IMG/VR virus record: IMGVR_UViG_3300037277_000027
Location: 1 to 52,322 of that record
Strand: one strand, 5' to 3'
DNA: 52,322 bases
DNA from: a virus
Lineage: Duplodnaviria; Caudoviricetes
Shown: piece after piece, positions 7,943 through 18,660 of the stretch
How the letters are laid out: each line of letters opens with the position of its first letter
Numbering within the stretch: position 1 is the first letter of the stretch
Made by a program: the position numbers and the translations under genes
Notes under the pieces: generated by a model
Database searches by the model: none
Told to the model about the DNA's origin: nothing
The model's input: only the letters and a program-made list of their open reading frames with translations

Positions 7943-8776
7943 ATGTTTCTTAAAATTGGTCAGCCATATACAGCCACTCTGTTAGTAAAAGATATTAATG
8001 GCAACAGAGTGCTAAATGACACTCCTGTTATTGTTTTGCAAGACACACAAAGGAATCTTTATTTCAATGGAATGATGTGGCAAACAATCAGAACAGAACT
8101 TGTTATGCCTCATATCGACAATGGAGTATATTCTAGACAATTTATGTTTTCTGAATCAGGAGTATACAAAGCAACAATATCATCAACAATTTACTCTATC
8201 ATAAAGACTGAAACTATAGAGATTTATGATACCAACCTTATGAGATATAGTTGGATGATTAATAATTCTTTTCTTATTAAATATGTTGGTCAGACAGCTA
8301 ATGAAACAGTTCAAGTTAAGATATCTAGAGATGTTGACGCTATGTATTGGAATGGAACTGATTGGATTGACACAGAAACGTTGTTATCAATGTCTTTGCT
8401 TTCTGATACACTTTATTCATATTCCTTTGTACCTACTATTGAAAGCGAATATTCCATTACTGTTACAAGTGGTGATAATGAAATATTTTATATAGTCACA
8501 GCATCAACATCTTCAGATAATATTGCTCCAGTATATATAGACAGCAAAACCTTTAGAGCTCCTGACGGGACAACGAGTACATTATTGGATGAGAACGGAC
8601 TCGCCCTATATGATGTTCAAATCTCAGTATTTAATATGTCAACAAAAGAAATTGTAGGCAAGGCTATGTCTAATTCAACTGGGGATTGGAACATATTAAT
8701 TAAACCTGGAACCTATTATTTTATGTTCGAAAAAGATGGCTACATGTCAATAAGCATGGAAAGGACGGTGATGTAA
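7943..8776 (+). CDS. Beta-sandwich (Ig-like) virion protein
   Basis: Two internal repeats (YFNGMMW / YWNGTDW) and a C-terminal prealbumin-like pattern (LLDENG...SNSTGDWNILIKPGTYYF). Confidence 0.55.
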   Translation: MFLKIGQPYTATLLVKDINGNRVLNDTPVIVLQDTQRNLYFNGMMWQTIRTELVMPHIDNGVYSRQFMFSESGVYKATISSTIYSIIKTETIEIYDTNLMRYSWMINNSFLIKYVGQTANETVQVKISRDVDAMYWNGTDWIDTETLLSMSLLSDTLYSYSFVPTIESEYSITVTSGDNEIFYIVTASTSSDNIAPVYIDSKTFRAPDGTTSTLLDENGLALYDVQISVFNMSTKEIVGKAMSNSTGDWNILIKPGTYYFMFEKDGYMSISMERTVM

Positions 8777-8777
8777 G

Positions 8778-9299
8778 ATGCCAATTATAATGAAGAAGTT
8801 ATACAGTATAACCGGAAACTACACACCAGACCAACTAACGACACTCCAAGGCTTTATTGATGTTTTTAGAACAAAAATGAAGGATTATGATCCTAAGAAG
8901 AATATCTTAATAGGTAAAATACTTCATTATTCTGATAACGAAGTTATTATGCTATTAAAAGCAGCTATGAGTGATTTGAATGGAGGATATCCAAGAACTA
9001 ACTATAACTTATTCTCTTTCCAATCATTGTTTGACCAAGATGTTCTTATTCATGGAGCAATGGTATTTGCTCTTATGGGAGAGGGTATCTTACAACTCAG
9101 GAATCAGATTGATTACAGCGATTCTGGATTGACTATCGCCATGTTCAATAAGACAACTTTATATCAAGGTTGGATGGGCTTGTTATTACAAGAGTACCTC
9201 AATGATAAAGCTCAAGTTAAAGCGGCAGTTATTCCTACATCTGAGAACGCAGGTTTTGTTGGTATGGGTTCTGAATACTCATATAGATTGTGGTGGTGA
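8778..9299 (+). CDS. Putative head-tail adaptor (neck) protein
   Basis: 173-aa helical protein downstream of the capsid gene; LQLRNQIDYSDSG motif; synteny. Confidence 0.6.
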   Translation: MPIIMKKLYSITGNYTPDQLTTLQGFIDVFRTKMKDYDPKKNILIGKILHYSDNEVIMLLKAAMSDLNGGYPRTNYNLFSFQSLFDQDVLIHGAMVFALMGEGILQLRNQIDYSDSGLTIAMFNKTTLYQGWMGLLLQEYLNDKAQVKAAVIPTSENAGFVGMGSEYSYRLWW

Positions 9300-9303
9300 T
9301 AAT

Positions 9304-10083
9304 ATGGTTGATATTGCTTCAATATCTGTATCAGACCAATTTGGTTTAGACTCATTAGTAATTGATTTTACAATCAAAGATACTAGAGAAGACCTTTCGA
9401 ACTATAGATTTGACCTATACAAGTCAAATCACCAAACAGAACCATACTTTGTTATAGCAGCAGATATTACAACTTTTAATTATAGAGATTTTGATGTAAA
9501 TCTTTACAATATCTCTATTAACTTTTATTACAAAGTTAAAGTTACTGACAAAACTACAGGAGATTCAGTATTATCAGAGACATATGGAGAATACAAACAA
9601 GCTAGAGCAGATGTAAATGCTTTAGCTATTCTTGAAATACACAATATATACTTGGACAATGTCGTTGGCAATAAAATGATTCTGCTAAAGAAGAAGAGGA
9701 CAGGTCAAGTTTGCTCTTGTTTTGATGATGTAAGAAGAAGGTCAAACCCTGTATTTTGCTCAATATGCTATGGAACAAAGTATACTGGAGGATATTACTC
9801 TCCATTTACTGTCCCTGTCAACTTTCTGAACCCTCCTACAAAGGTTGAGTATTTTGCTCCAAACGATGTAGGTGAATGGGAAGGAACACCATTGCAATTA
9901 TGGACACAAAACTATCCATTGATACAAATTCAAGATATCATGGTTGATTACAATAATAATATCAGATATGTTGTAACGAATAGCCATCCAAGTTACATGA
10001 ACTTTTATTTGATTAGACAAACAGTACAGGTACAGCGACTCCCAGACTCTAATGTCGTATATCAGTATCCTATCAGTTTGTAG
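9304..10083 (+). CDS. Putative head-closure/neck protein with Cys cluster
   Basis: ATG 9304 after GGTGGTG (track extends to 9202); FN3-like N-terminus (FYYKVKV); RTGQVCSC...CSICYGTKYTGGY. Confidence 0.6.
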   Translation: MVDIASISVSDQFGLDSLVIDFTIKDTREDLSNYRFDLYKSNHQTEPYFVIAADITTFNYRDFDVNLYNISINFYYKVKVTDKTTGDSVLSETYGEYKQARADVNALAILEIHNIYLDNVVGNKMILLKKKRTGQVCSCFDDVRRRSNPVFCSICYGTKYTGGYYSPFTVPVNFLNPPTKVEYFAPNDVGEWEGTPLQLWTQNYPLIQIQDIMVDYNNNIRYVVTNSHPSYMNFYLIRQTVQVQRLPDSNVVYQYPISL

Positions 10084-10095
10084 AAGGAGGTCTTT

Positions 10096-10692
10096 ATGGC
10101 TGCCGGAACTTTAAATGTCATAGATATAGAAAAAGACATAGAAAAAAGATTCGTTTATGGGCTTAGAGCTATATTTGAAATTGACGATTTTTTCATATAT
10201 AATGAAGATGACACTAAGACAAAGGTTATGATTACTCCAGAGTATCCAGAGAAGGGCTCATCCTTCTATACTCCTCATATCGTTGTTACGAATATTTCGT
10301 ACCAATATAATATGCAAAGTAGCTTTAGGGATAATTATTATTATGACTTGGCTGATACTAATGGAGTACATATTGGTGAAGCACATGCGAATTTAGTACC
10401 GTATACTTTGAACCTAATTTGTTTAGCTGAATTCTATGTGAGCAAAGATTTAGCCAACAAGGTGCTAAATTATATGGGTTACGTGGCAAGAGAAGTGTTC
10501 GATAAAATGAACCTGAACATACAAACCCTGTCTAAATCGCCAACAGTTGCACAACAGCAATGGGCGGAGCATATCTTTGAAACACAAGTTGCTGTCCAAG
10601 GATATGTCCAATGGTATGGTACAAAAACCACTAATATCAGTGCACTAAACATACTAAATAGAATTGAACAAACTTTGAAACTCAAATTCTAA
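10096..10692 (+). CDS. Putative tail terminator/completion protein
   Basis: 198 aa directly upstream of the sheath gene; AGGAGG RBS; synteny only. Confidence 0.5.
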   Translation: MAAGTLNVIDIEKDIEKRFVYGLRAIFEIDDFFIYNEDDTKTKVMITPEYPEKGSSFYTPHIVVTNISYQYNMQSSFRDNYYYDLADTNGVHIGEAHANLVPYTLNLICLAEFYVSKDLANKVLNYMGYVAREVFDKMNLNIQTLSKSPTVAQQQWAEHIFETQVAVQGYVQWYGTKTTNISALNILNRIEQTLKLKF

Positions 10693-10710
10693 AAAAGAGA
10701 GGTGTTAAGT

Positions 10711-12111
10711 ATGGCAGGTTATAGAGAACCAGGCGTATACCTAGAGGTTCAAAACAATCCTCGTGGAGCGATTCTTGCTGGAGTCCAAATGATTCCATTA
10801 GTAATTGGGTCTGGAGCAAAAAAATTAAAGAAAACTGTTGCTATTACTAGGGCTACTAGCGGTCAAGTAGATACATTGCCTGTATCAGTTATTTTGTCTA
10901 TTAGTCATATAGGTAGTTCAAAAGCTGGTGCCAGTCAATGGTTAGCAAGTGATCCTGTTGCTGTTCCAGCTGTAGTTAATGATTACGTTTTTGCAGCAGG
11001 AAGTAATACTATCACTTGGGAAACAGGCAAAGGACCATCTGTAGGTACTACTTACTATGTTACATTCGTTTACACTGTGGAAGCTAGTCAATACAAGCCT
11101 ACACTCTGTTTCGGAGTACAAGATGTTTTAGACAATTACGGCCCAGATATTCAAGAGAATGAAAGCGGAACACCACTTTCTCCTGTATCTCTTGGAGCAC
11201 AAATAATGCTTCTTCAAGGAGCGCAATCTGTGTATGTAATACAGGTAGAATCAGCAGGAGCAGTTCCAACAGCTGCTGAATATGAAACAGCACTTGATTC
11301 TTATGCTAAGTTTTTACCTAACATTTGGAGAATAGTGCCTATGGATGTAACTTTTGATATTCAATCGGTTGTTACAAATCATATCAATTTCATGTCAACA
11401 GTTGATGAGAGAATGGAAAGATGTGCTATCTATTCACGTCCTTACACCAGCACTGATACAGCTCCTACAGATGTTGCAGGAGTTAAAACAAAGATTGGTG
11501 GTTTCGCCGCAGGGATTGCGAATCAGAGAATCACTGTTATATATCCTGATGTAGCTTCTAAGACTTTAAGCGATGGCTCACTTAGAGATTTACCAGGACC
11601 ATATCTTGCGTGCGCTATAACTGGAGCCAAATCAGCATTACCGAGACAGCGTTCAATGACAAAAATGCCATTCACTGGATTCTCAGAACTCAAAGGAGTT
11701 CAAATGGTTCGTAGCGAGAAGAATGCTCTTGCATCTGATGGTGTAATGATTCTCGAACAAACAGCTGTCAATAACCCAATAACAGTTAGGCATCAATTAA
11801 CTACTGATATGTCTACTACTCAAATGAGAGAAAATTCTATCTTGGAAATTCAAGACTATTGTGCTAGACAATACAGAGCCTCATGCGATCCGTATATTGG
11901 CAAGTACAATATTAGCCCTGAATTGATTAATATGATAAGGGGTACTTTAGATAGTACATCTTCTGACTTAATCAAGAATGGTGTAATTCAAAAAGCGAGA
12001 GTTGATAATGTTCAACAGGATGCAAATAATCCAGACACTGTCATCGTTTCACTTTCTGTACTTCCTCCATATCCATGTAACTATATTGAAATCACTCTAG
12101 TTTTAGAATAA
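10711..12111 (+). CDS. Tail sheath protein
   Basis: N-terminal YREPGVYLE; C-terminal GVMILEQ...VRHQLTT...RENSI...YIGK...PPYPCNYIEITL sheath signatures. Confidence 0.9.
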   Translation: MAGYREPGVYLEVQNNPRGAILAGVQMIPLVIGSGAKKLKKTVAITRATSGQVDTLPVSVILSISHIGSSKAGASQWLASDPVAVPAVVNDYVFAAGSNTITWETGKGPSVGTTYYVTFVYTVEASQYKPTLCFGVQDVLDNYGPDIQENESGTPLSPVSLGAQIMLLQGAQSVYVIQVESAGAVPTAAEYETALDSYAKFLPNIWRIVPMDVTFDIQSVVTNHINFMSTVDERMERCAIYSRPYTSTDTAPTDVAGVKTKIGGFAAGIANQRITVIYPDVASKTLSDGSLRDLPGPYLACAITGAKSALPRQRSMTKMPFTGFSELKGVQMVRSEKNALASDGVMILEQTAVNNPITVRHQLTTDMSTTQMRENSILEIQDYCARQYRASCDPYIGKYNISPELINMIRGTLDSTSSDLIKNGVIQKARVDNVQQDANNPDTVIVSLSVLPPYPCNYIEITLVLE

Positions 12112-12131
12112 TGAAGGGATGGTGAATAATA

Positions 12132-12749
12132 ATGGCTAACGAATACGTAACTCAATGGGACTACGCAGATAAGCACGTTGATAGTACTATAGACAGATCA
12201 GAATTCCTGTCTTCTTCAAGGTGTATAATTTATGCGGCTCCTTATAAATCGATATATGATGCTACTACTGGTGGGCAAACCAACGTTAATACAGCTGGTA
12301 GCACCTCTGTAGACTTTAAGCGTATTGGTGTTGTTCAGGGCTGGAACTGGGGAGAAAATCGTCAAATAGAAATGATTTTTGAACTTGGCTCAGACATTCC
12401 TTATCTTGTTCCTGGAAGAACTACTGGTCAGATATCTGTATCAAGAATTCTTTTATTTGGAAAAGATTTGGCGAACATGGTTTACAATCAAACTATCACT
12501 GATGGAGCAGCAGCTCCTACAGCGGCAGATAGCTATATTAAATCCATAAAGGAAATCAATAAGCCTTTCGATTTAATGTTTGCCGCTTACAACAATAACG
12601 ATGCTACTAAAGTTTACTCTAGAGTATTTAGTGGTTGTTGGTTACAGTCAAAGAATGAGAGCCTAAGTGCAGGTCAAATTCTTATAGCTGAGAATGTAAA
12701 TATCATGTATGAGAACATCGTATCTGTAAAATTTGCAACTAACGGTTAA
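12132..12749 (+). CDS. Tail tube protein
   Basis: Follows the sheath; RIGVVQGW...IFELGS...VPGRTTGQISVSR...GCWLQS...ENVNIMYE tube pattern. Confidence 0.8.
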   Translation: MANEYVTQWDYADKHVDSTIDRSEFLSSSRCIIYAAPYKSIYDATTGGQTNVNTAGSTSVDFKRIGVVQGWNWGENRQIEMIFELGSDIPYLVPGRTTGQISVSRILLFGKDLANMVYNQTITDGAAAPTAADSYIKSIKEINKPFDLMFAAYNNNDATKVYSRVFSGCWLQSKNESLSAGQILIAENVNIMYENIVSVKFATNG

Positions 12750-12766
12750 TCATAAATAAAAGACCC

Positions 12767-12798
12767 AAAAGGGGAGTTCATTGAACTCCCCTTTTTTT
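12767..12798 (+). terminator. Rho-independent terminator
   Basis: AAAAGGGGAGTTCA-T-TGAACTCCCCTTTTTTT. Confidence 0.85.
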
Positions 12799-12812
12799 AT
12801 GCCGTAAAAACA

Positions 12813-12821
12813 TGATATACT
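12813..12821 (+). promoter_or_regulatory. Extended -10 element
   Basis: TGATATACT, identical to the element before the protease gene, just after the terminator. Confidence 0.5.
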
Positions 12822-12851
12822 TGAAATACAAATGAAATGGAGGGATTTATA

Positions 12852-13322
12852 ATGTCAAACGAAACTGACAAGAAAGCATCAGATTTAACAGACCCATCGT
12901 TCACTGATGAATTAAATTTGTTCTTCGATAATTTTTTAAAAGAAGGCATAATCATTAAAGAAAAAGAAATCAGTCCTGGATTTAAAGTTAAATTAAAGGT
13001 GCTAAACACCGAAGAGTTATTAGTTGCTGAATCAATTCTGAGCTCTTCGAATCCTCACATACCTTCTGACGTAATAATAAAGGTTAGAGCGGCAAGTATA
13101 CTCTCCCAAGCGATACTGAACCTTAATGATATGGCTATCGAGAGAGAAGACTTGACAGACCAAGAAAACAATAATAGAAGAAACGGTTTATATAAACAAA
13201 TTTTAAAGATGCCTGCATTGTTAATAAAAAAAACTTATGAACTTTACGTAGAAGCTGTGACAGAGCAGAATGCATTATATGAAAATCCTTCAGAGCTTGG
13301 AAAGAAAATAGAAAATTTTTAG
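12852..13322 (+). CDS. Tail assembly chaperone (G-like)
   Basis: Between tube and tape measure; GGAGGG RBS before ATG 12852; ends GAA AAT TTT TAG. Confidence 0.75.
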   Translation: MSNETDKKASDLTDPSFTDELNLFFDNFLKEGIIIKEKEISPGFKVKLKVLNTEELLVAESILSSSNPHIPSDVIIKVRAASILSQAILNLNDMAIEREDLTDQENNNRRNGLYKQILKMPALLIKKTYELYVEAVTEQNALYENPSELGKKIENF

Positions 13323-13786
13323 ACACGCCATTTGGAGATATAGTAGCCACCGTATTATATGAGAAGAATGGCGTTATTACAGAGGATAGATTTAAAAAAC
13401 TTTCAGAAGTACAATGGTGGTTTCACTACAGAGAGATAATTAGGATGAAGAATAAAGAAACTAGTGTCACGGTAGACCTGCTCAAGATGGCTAAAACATT
13501 ATATGACACTTTGCTCGAAAGAATAGAGATGGTTGGTATGATGGCTAACCCAGACATGGGCAAGAAAATTCTGGATGCTAGAGACGCTGAAAAAGCTAAG
13601 GCTAAGAATGCAGAGGCTGGAGGTTCTGGGGACGATTTGCTTGATTTCGCCATGAGCTTAGAAGGTATACCAGAAGTCCTATCAGTAGAAGTGGAACAAC
13701 CAACCGAAGAACAAAAATTCTTCTTACCTAAATATCATCGCAAAAGGAAGTTAGGAATAGAGATAGATAAAAAGGCTGGTGACTAG
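13313..13786 (+). CDS. Tail chaperone -1 frameshift extension (GT-like)
   Basis: Slippery A AAT TTT at 13313-13319; the -1 frame is open (LDTPFGDIVATVLYEKNG...QWWFHYREIIR) into the 13445-13786 ORF. Confidence 0.8.
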   Translation, partial: KFLDTPFGDIVATVLYEKNGVITEDRFKKLSEVQWWFHYREIIRMKNKETSVTVDLLKMAKTLYDTLLERIEMVGMMANPDMGKKILDARDAEKAKAKNAEAGGSGDDLLDFAMSLEGIPEVLSVEVEQPTEEQKFFLPKYHRKRKLGIEIDKKAGD

Positions 13787-13788
13787 GA

Positions 13789-16700
13789 ATGAATATGGAT
13801 CAATCCATAAGGGACACATTAAATCAATTAGTTGCTTTGCAAGCACAACAGCTTAGTGCTATCAATGCTATTGCAAATTCTAATTCTGGGATGGGGGCTA
13901 AGTCACCTCAGCTATCTAGCTATGCTAACTATGCTCCAGACTTTACACCACCAATGGCTCCGTTCTCTCAGAGTACGCAAGCCGCACAACAAAGATTTTC
14001 GAATTATGCAGGGCAAGTAGCAGGTGGCAATAGCTTCTCTGATATTTTCTTTGCAAATAAATCAAAGATGTCAACAGAGAACAGAAATCAAATGGCTACG
14101 GATTATGGAGCAAGATTCACTAATGCAGCTATTGCTGGTGGTGGAGTCGTAGCTTCTGGCGCGGCAGACCTTGGAGCCATGGCTCTTGCTCCAGGATTAA
14201 TAAGTGGAGTCGCAGCAGGTGCAGTGGGCGGAGCTGTTGTTGGAGGACTCTTTGATATAGCCCTGCAACAAAACCAACAGCATTTAGCTTACAATAGCTT
14301 TCTACAAAGGGAATCGTATCGCTTCATAAATCCAATGAATTCTAAGAATGAGAGAGATATATCAGGATTTAGTACAAATGAGCGTTACGCAGCATCTACT
14401 TACCTAAGACATTTCGGTGTAGATAATAAAATATCTTCTGAGGAAACAAGTCAGCTTTTAGAGAAATTCACAGAGGGCAACTTGTTCAAAGGAGTTAAAG
14501 ATTTAGAGGGCTTTAAAGATAAGATGCAGAAGATGACTCAATACGTAAAACAAAGTGCTCTGCTTCTAAATGAGACATTCGGAAGTGTTGCGACTTTAAT
14601 GGCAGATATGCAAAAAGCAGGCATCGACACAACAAACTTCGATTATCTTTCTGCCAAAAGTAAAGTCGTAGGATCTTTCACAGGTCAAGCTGCTGGAGAT
14701 GTATTGAGGAACTCTGTCAATTCTGCGACAGGGATAACACAAGGAACGAACTTCACCAACGCTATACAGGCAGAGCGTATAGGCGATACAACGCTATACA
14801 TGGATGCTTATTATCAGAAAATGAGAGACACGAAAGGTCCTTTAAATCCTAAAGGACAAGAGATGTTTAATCTTATAACTAACATGGGTGGCGTGCAGGG
14901 AGCTACTAATGTTGCGGCACAAAAACAGAATAGCCTTTTGTCTAATTCATCGTTTATGTCGAATGCAGTGTTGTTCTATGACTACAACAAAGATAGCAAC
15001 TCATTCACATTTAATCCTGAAGCTTTTAAGAATTTTTCCAATGGAACTGCTAATGCTAATGAATTATCAAAAGCGGCAGTTGGCAAATTGAATAGTCTTG
15101 GAGCGGCAGGATCTAATGCGTGGATGAGAAATGGTCAATCTTATCTCATGAATTCATTAGACGATGATCAGTCTAAGAAATTTTTGGCCAGAAATCTAAA
15201 AGCCTTACAATCTAGTTCTGGGGTCGATGCAATTAAAAATGGAAACCTATCTTATCAAGATATTATGAGTATGGTTATGGGTGACAATTCGAACGAAGGC
15301 AAACTATTTGGGGGTATGCTTGACTATTATCAACAAGACAATGGTACCCTAAAAAGAAATGCGGCAAATCTTTCTTATCAACAGAATATGATTGCAAAGA
15401 TTAATTCTAACAGAGCAGGTTTTGGATATGAAGTTAAGAATGTTTGGGAAGGCTTTAAGGTAGGTGTTGGTGATGCAACTGTCGGTATAGGAGAAGGTAT
15501 TACAAATCTTACACAAAAAGCTTCTGACTGGTGGTACGGTAAGCAGTATCAAGTGGATAGGTCAGGCTCGTCAATTACTCCAGAGGCAATGAAAGCAGAA
15601 GGGGCCAACATCACTAACAACATTCTAAAGGGCGTTCAAGAAGGGCTTAAGGATGCAAAAGCAAAAGGCTTTAACGTTAAAGACGATGTGCTTAAAATGT
15701 TCTCAGCAAGCGACTCAGATATGAATGACTGGAAAAGCAAAGTAATTGAATATAAAAGAGAAGTCTATAAAAGTATGGATGAGCTTGGCAAGGACGTAGG
15801 AAAATATGCTCAAACAGTAAGGTCTGCATCAGAAGCAGCAAATGTATCAGAAACTACTGTTGCAGGCATGATAAAATATGGTCGCACAACAGGAACAGCT
15901 ATGGGTATGAGTGATACAACTATGGCTGATATCAGTAAAAGCATTAACAAGAATATCTATACTGCTGGCGATGATGAAAAATATCAATCAGGAATAAAGT
16001 ATCTTGGACAACTTGTAACAGCTTACGGAGGCAATCAAGATCTCGCCAATATGGCATTTGCTACCTCTAAGGCACAGGTGGATGCTGCATTACAAAAAGC
16101 AGGAGTCGCAACTGACATAGAAGCTTTGAGACGTTCTGGAAATCAAAATACATTGCAGGGTGTTAAGTTAGGTCAGATAAAGCAGTACTTTAATCAGGGC
16201 GATCAAGAGAAGATGACTACTCTTAACAAGTATATAACTGGTGGAGGAAGAACTACTTTTGATGAAACTCAAAAGCCAGGGCTTGGTGCTCACCCAGATA
16301 CGACCAGAATGATAAGGGAAGCGGCAGCAAAGTTAGGAACTAATGATGAAAACTTGCTTGCTACATTGTTCTCTATAGAGAATGGAGGCTCTGATAAACC
16401 AAATTACAACACTAACGGTAGCGTAGATTATGGTCCAGCACAGTTAAACGATAGAGGTTTTGTTACAGGAATGATTGGTAATAGCTACTCATTACCTAGT
16501 GGCAGGAATGTTACTGTTGGGCAAGATAATTGGAAGACAGACAAAGAATTAAATGTCTATTTAGGTTCAAAGATATTTACTGATAAATTGAATGAGGCTC
16601 AAGGAAACCCTGCGTTAGCTTACGCACTCTACAATGGTGGAGGAACATTTACTGATAGCAAAGAGACTTATATCAATGTAATAAAACAACGCTTAAGAAA

Positions 16701-18576
16701 GAGGGGCGTAAAAGAAGCTGACTTAGATAAAGAAGTTGGAAAGATGTCCAGTGAAGAAGTCTTGGATGTGCTAAGAACTGGTGGCGCTAGCAAAACAGCT
16801 GACAATGTAGGAAGATTCATGGATGTTTATTACAAAGGTCTCCTTCCAGGCAAGGACGCTAGAGCGGCAGAAAACACTGTACTTATGAATGCAAATGGCT
16901 CTAATCTTACTGATGATCAAAAGAAGCAGTATAGAGATTCGCTAATAACTCCAGGATTCAATGACACTACATCATTTAACTTTGAAGGTTTTAAAGAAGC
17001 CTATACTAAATTTACACATGGTCCTGACGAATCTTTATTCAAAAAAGGTTATGTGAGCCCTCTTCTGTCCGCAATGGAAAGTGGTGGAGCTGTAGACCTT
17101 TCAGCTAAAGAGCCAGTATACAAGGGTTTTGCAAAAATGTGGGGTATGGATTATGATGGTTCATCAACATCATTCAGCAAGTTAAGTGAGAGGATGAGAG
17201 ATGAGTTTTCTAACAATAAAAAGATGATGGATGAATTTGATTCAGCAAGCGATAAAGGCTCTACGGCATGGGGCAAACTCACTACTTCTGAAAGAATGGC
17301 GAGAATGTCTACAAATCAGATGATTTCAACGTTACGTGGAGACAAAGCTACTGTAGACCCTGCTAAATATATGACGGCTCAAGATATTGAGGAAAGTAAA
17401 AAGATTGAAACTGCTCCTGGAATGTTCCAAGGCTTTGCTAAATATGGCAAGCTCTTCGGTTACACCACTGGTTTCTTCTCTGGAGATTCTCTTCTTAAAA
17501 ATGAAGGGAAGGCAGGTGGAGAGAACGACCCTGCTAAATTATTGAACTGGATGGTGTCATCAGGAAAATATTCTGTGTCTGGAGACAAAGTTACTGGCAA
17601 TACATCTATAGGGCAATCGATAGGCATCTGGCAGAAACAGATAGACACTCTACAAAGAGAAGAAAAACAAGCAAGAATAGATGCTGACGCTATGGCTTCT
17701 AACGACATTGACTTTGGTAGCAATATATCTTCAGAGAACAAAGCAAAGTACCAAGATATTATCAAAAGAGCACTAACTGGCGATAAAGGTGCTCAAAGTG
17801 AATTGTATAACTTACAAATAAAATTAGGCAAAGATATGAATCAAACAGGAGCCGCATTGTTTTCTCCTGGTTCAGCGGCAGAGAAAGAGTATCAAGACAA
17901 AACAATCTTTGGTCAGGTGAATAAAGCTCTAGGATTATCCTATAAACTTCAAGGAGCGGATATATCTCAGCTTAAAGCAGGTGTTGCTGCTGGAGAAAAA
18001 AGAAAACAAAACCTCACTCAGTTTGGTACTTTTGGAGCAACTCTGATGGGTATGATTACTGGTGATGATAGTGCTGGCGTGGACTTTCAAAAAAGATTCT
18101 TATCTCAGTTTGCAGATAAAGACTTCAACAACGTGAACTGGAATGAAGCTAATAAAATTGTTGTGTCTGGACAACAAGAACTTGTAGACAAATTGGTAAA
18201 TCAGACAGGAGACCAAAGAAAAACCTTTTATGATAGCTTGAAATCTAATATGCCAGAGGCTGATGCGAACAAAATTCAGACCATGATGGAAGATGCCTTA
18301 AAATCTTCCGACAAGAACTCAGGAATGAAAAAAGTTGTTGATGAAATAACAAACATTTGGGGAGCCGCAACAAAGGATCAAACGGCAGATCAGGCATCAG
18401 CAAATAGCGATGCGGCAAAGACTTTAGCTGATTCTACTAAGAGCTTGACAGATGAAATAGTAACCTCAGCTAAAAAATTCAATGATACAGCTATAGCTTT
18501 GCAAAAGAGTCAACAAGATCTAGAGAAACAGCAGAACGTAGTTAAAATGCAAGGTTCTGGAGTTCTTCCTTATTAG
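13789..18576 (+). CDS. Tape measure protein with lytic transglycosylase (SLT) domain(s)
   Basis: 1595 aa, helical, Gly/Ala hydrophobic patch near the N-terminus; SIENGG...DYGPAQLN...ALAYALYNGG; follows the chaperone. Confidence 0.85.
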   Translation: MNMDQSIRDTLNQLVALQAQQLSAINAIANSNSGMGAKSPQLSSYANYAPDFTPPMAPFSQSTQAAQQRFSNYAGQVAGGNSFSDIFFANKSKMSTENRNQMATDYGARFTNAAIAGGGVVASGAADLGAMALAPGLISGVAAGAVGGAVVGGLFDIALQQNQQHLAYNSFLQRESYRFINPMNSKNERDISGFSTNERYAASTYLRHFGVDNKISSEETSQLLEKFTEGNLFKGVKDLEGFKDKMQKMTQYVKQSALLLNETFGSVATLMADMQKAGIDTTNFDYLSAKSKVVGSFTGQAAGDVLRNSVNSATGITQGTNFTNAIQAERIGDTTLYMDAYYQKMRDTKGPLNPKGQEMFNLITNMGGVQGATNVAAQKQNSLLSNSSFMSNAVLFYDYNKDSNSFTFNPEAFKNFSNGTANANELSKAAVGKLNSLGAAGSNAWMRNGQSYLMNSLDDDQSKKFLARNLKALQSSSGVDAIKNGNLSYQDIMSMVMGDNSNEGKLFGGMLDYYQQDNGTLKRNAANLSYQQNMIAKINSNRAGFGYEVKNVWEGFKVGVGDATVGIGEGITNLTQKASDWWYGKQYQVDRSGSSITPEAMKAEGANITNNILKGVQEGLKDAKAKGFNVKDDVLKMFSASDSDMNDWKSKVIEYKREVYKSMDELGKDVGKYAQTVRSASEAANVSETTVAGMIKYGRTTGTAMGMSDTTMADISKSINKNIYTAGDDEKYQSGIKYLGQLVTAYGGNQDLANMAFATSKAQVDAALQKAGVATDIEALRRSGNQNTLQGVKLGQIKQYFNQGDQEKMTTLNKYITGGGRTTFDETQKPGLGAHPDTTRMIREAAAKLGTNDENLLATLFSIENGGSDKPNYNTNGSVDYGPAQLNDRGFVTGMIGNSYSLPSGRNVTVGQDNWKTDKELNVYLGSKIFTDKLNEAQGNPALAYALYNGGGTFTDSKETYINVIKQRLRKRGVKEADLDKEVGKMSSEEVLDVLRTGGASKTADNVGRFMDVYYKGLLPGKDARAAENTVLMNANGSNLTDDQKKQYRDSLITPGFNDTTSFNFEGFKEAYTKFTHGPDESLFKKGYVSPLLSAMESGGAVDLSAKEPVYKGFAKMWGMDYDGSSTSFSKLSERMRDEFSNNKKMMDEFDSASDKGSTAWGKLTTSERMARMSTNQMISTLRGDKATVDPAKYMTAQDIEESKKIETAPGMFQGFAKYGKLFGYTTGFFSGDSLLKNEGKAGGENDPAKLLNWMVSSGKYSVSGDKVTGNTSIGQSIGIWQKQIDTLQREEKQARIDADAMASNDIDFGSNISSENKAKYQDIIKRALTGDKGAQSELYNLQIKLGKDMNQTGAALFSPGSAAEKEYQDKTIFGQVNKALGLSYKLQGADISQLKAGVAAGEKRKQNLTQFGTFGATLMGMITGDDSAGVDFQKRFLSQFADKDFNNVNWNEANKIVVSGQQELVDKLVNQTGDQRKTFYDSLKSNMPEADANKIQTMMEDALKSSDKNSGMKKVVDEITNIWGAATKDQTADQASANSDAAKTLADSTKSLTDEIVTSAKKFNDTAIALQKSQQDLEKQQNVVKMQGSGVLPY

Positions 18577-18603
18577 TAAATTCGACACCATCATCAAAAT
18601 ATT

Positions 18604-18641
18604 ATAAAATAAAGCTAAGATAAATCTTAGCTTTATTTTAT
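18604..18641. terminator. AT-rich perfect hairpin, possible bidirectional terminator
   Basis: ATAAAATAAAGCTAAGAT-AA-ATCTTAGCTTTATTTTAT. Confidence 0.65.
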
Positions 18642-18660
18642 GTGCAAAGTGAGGGATACG

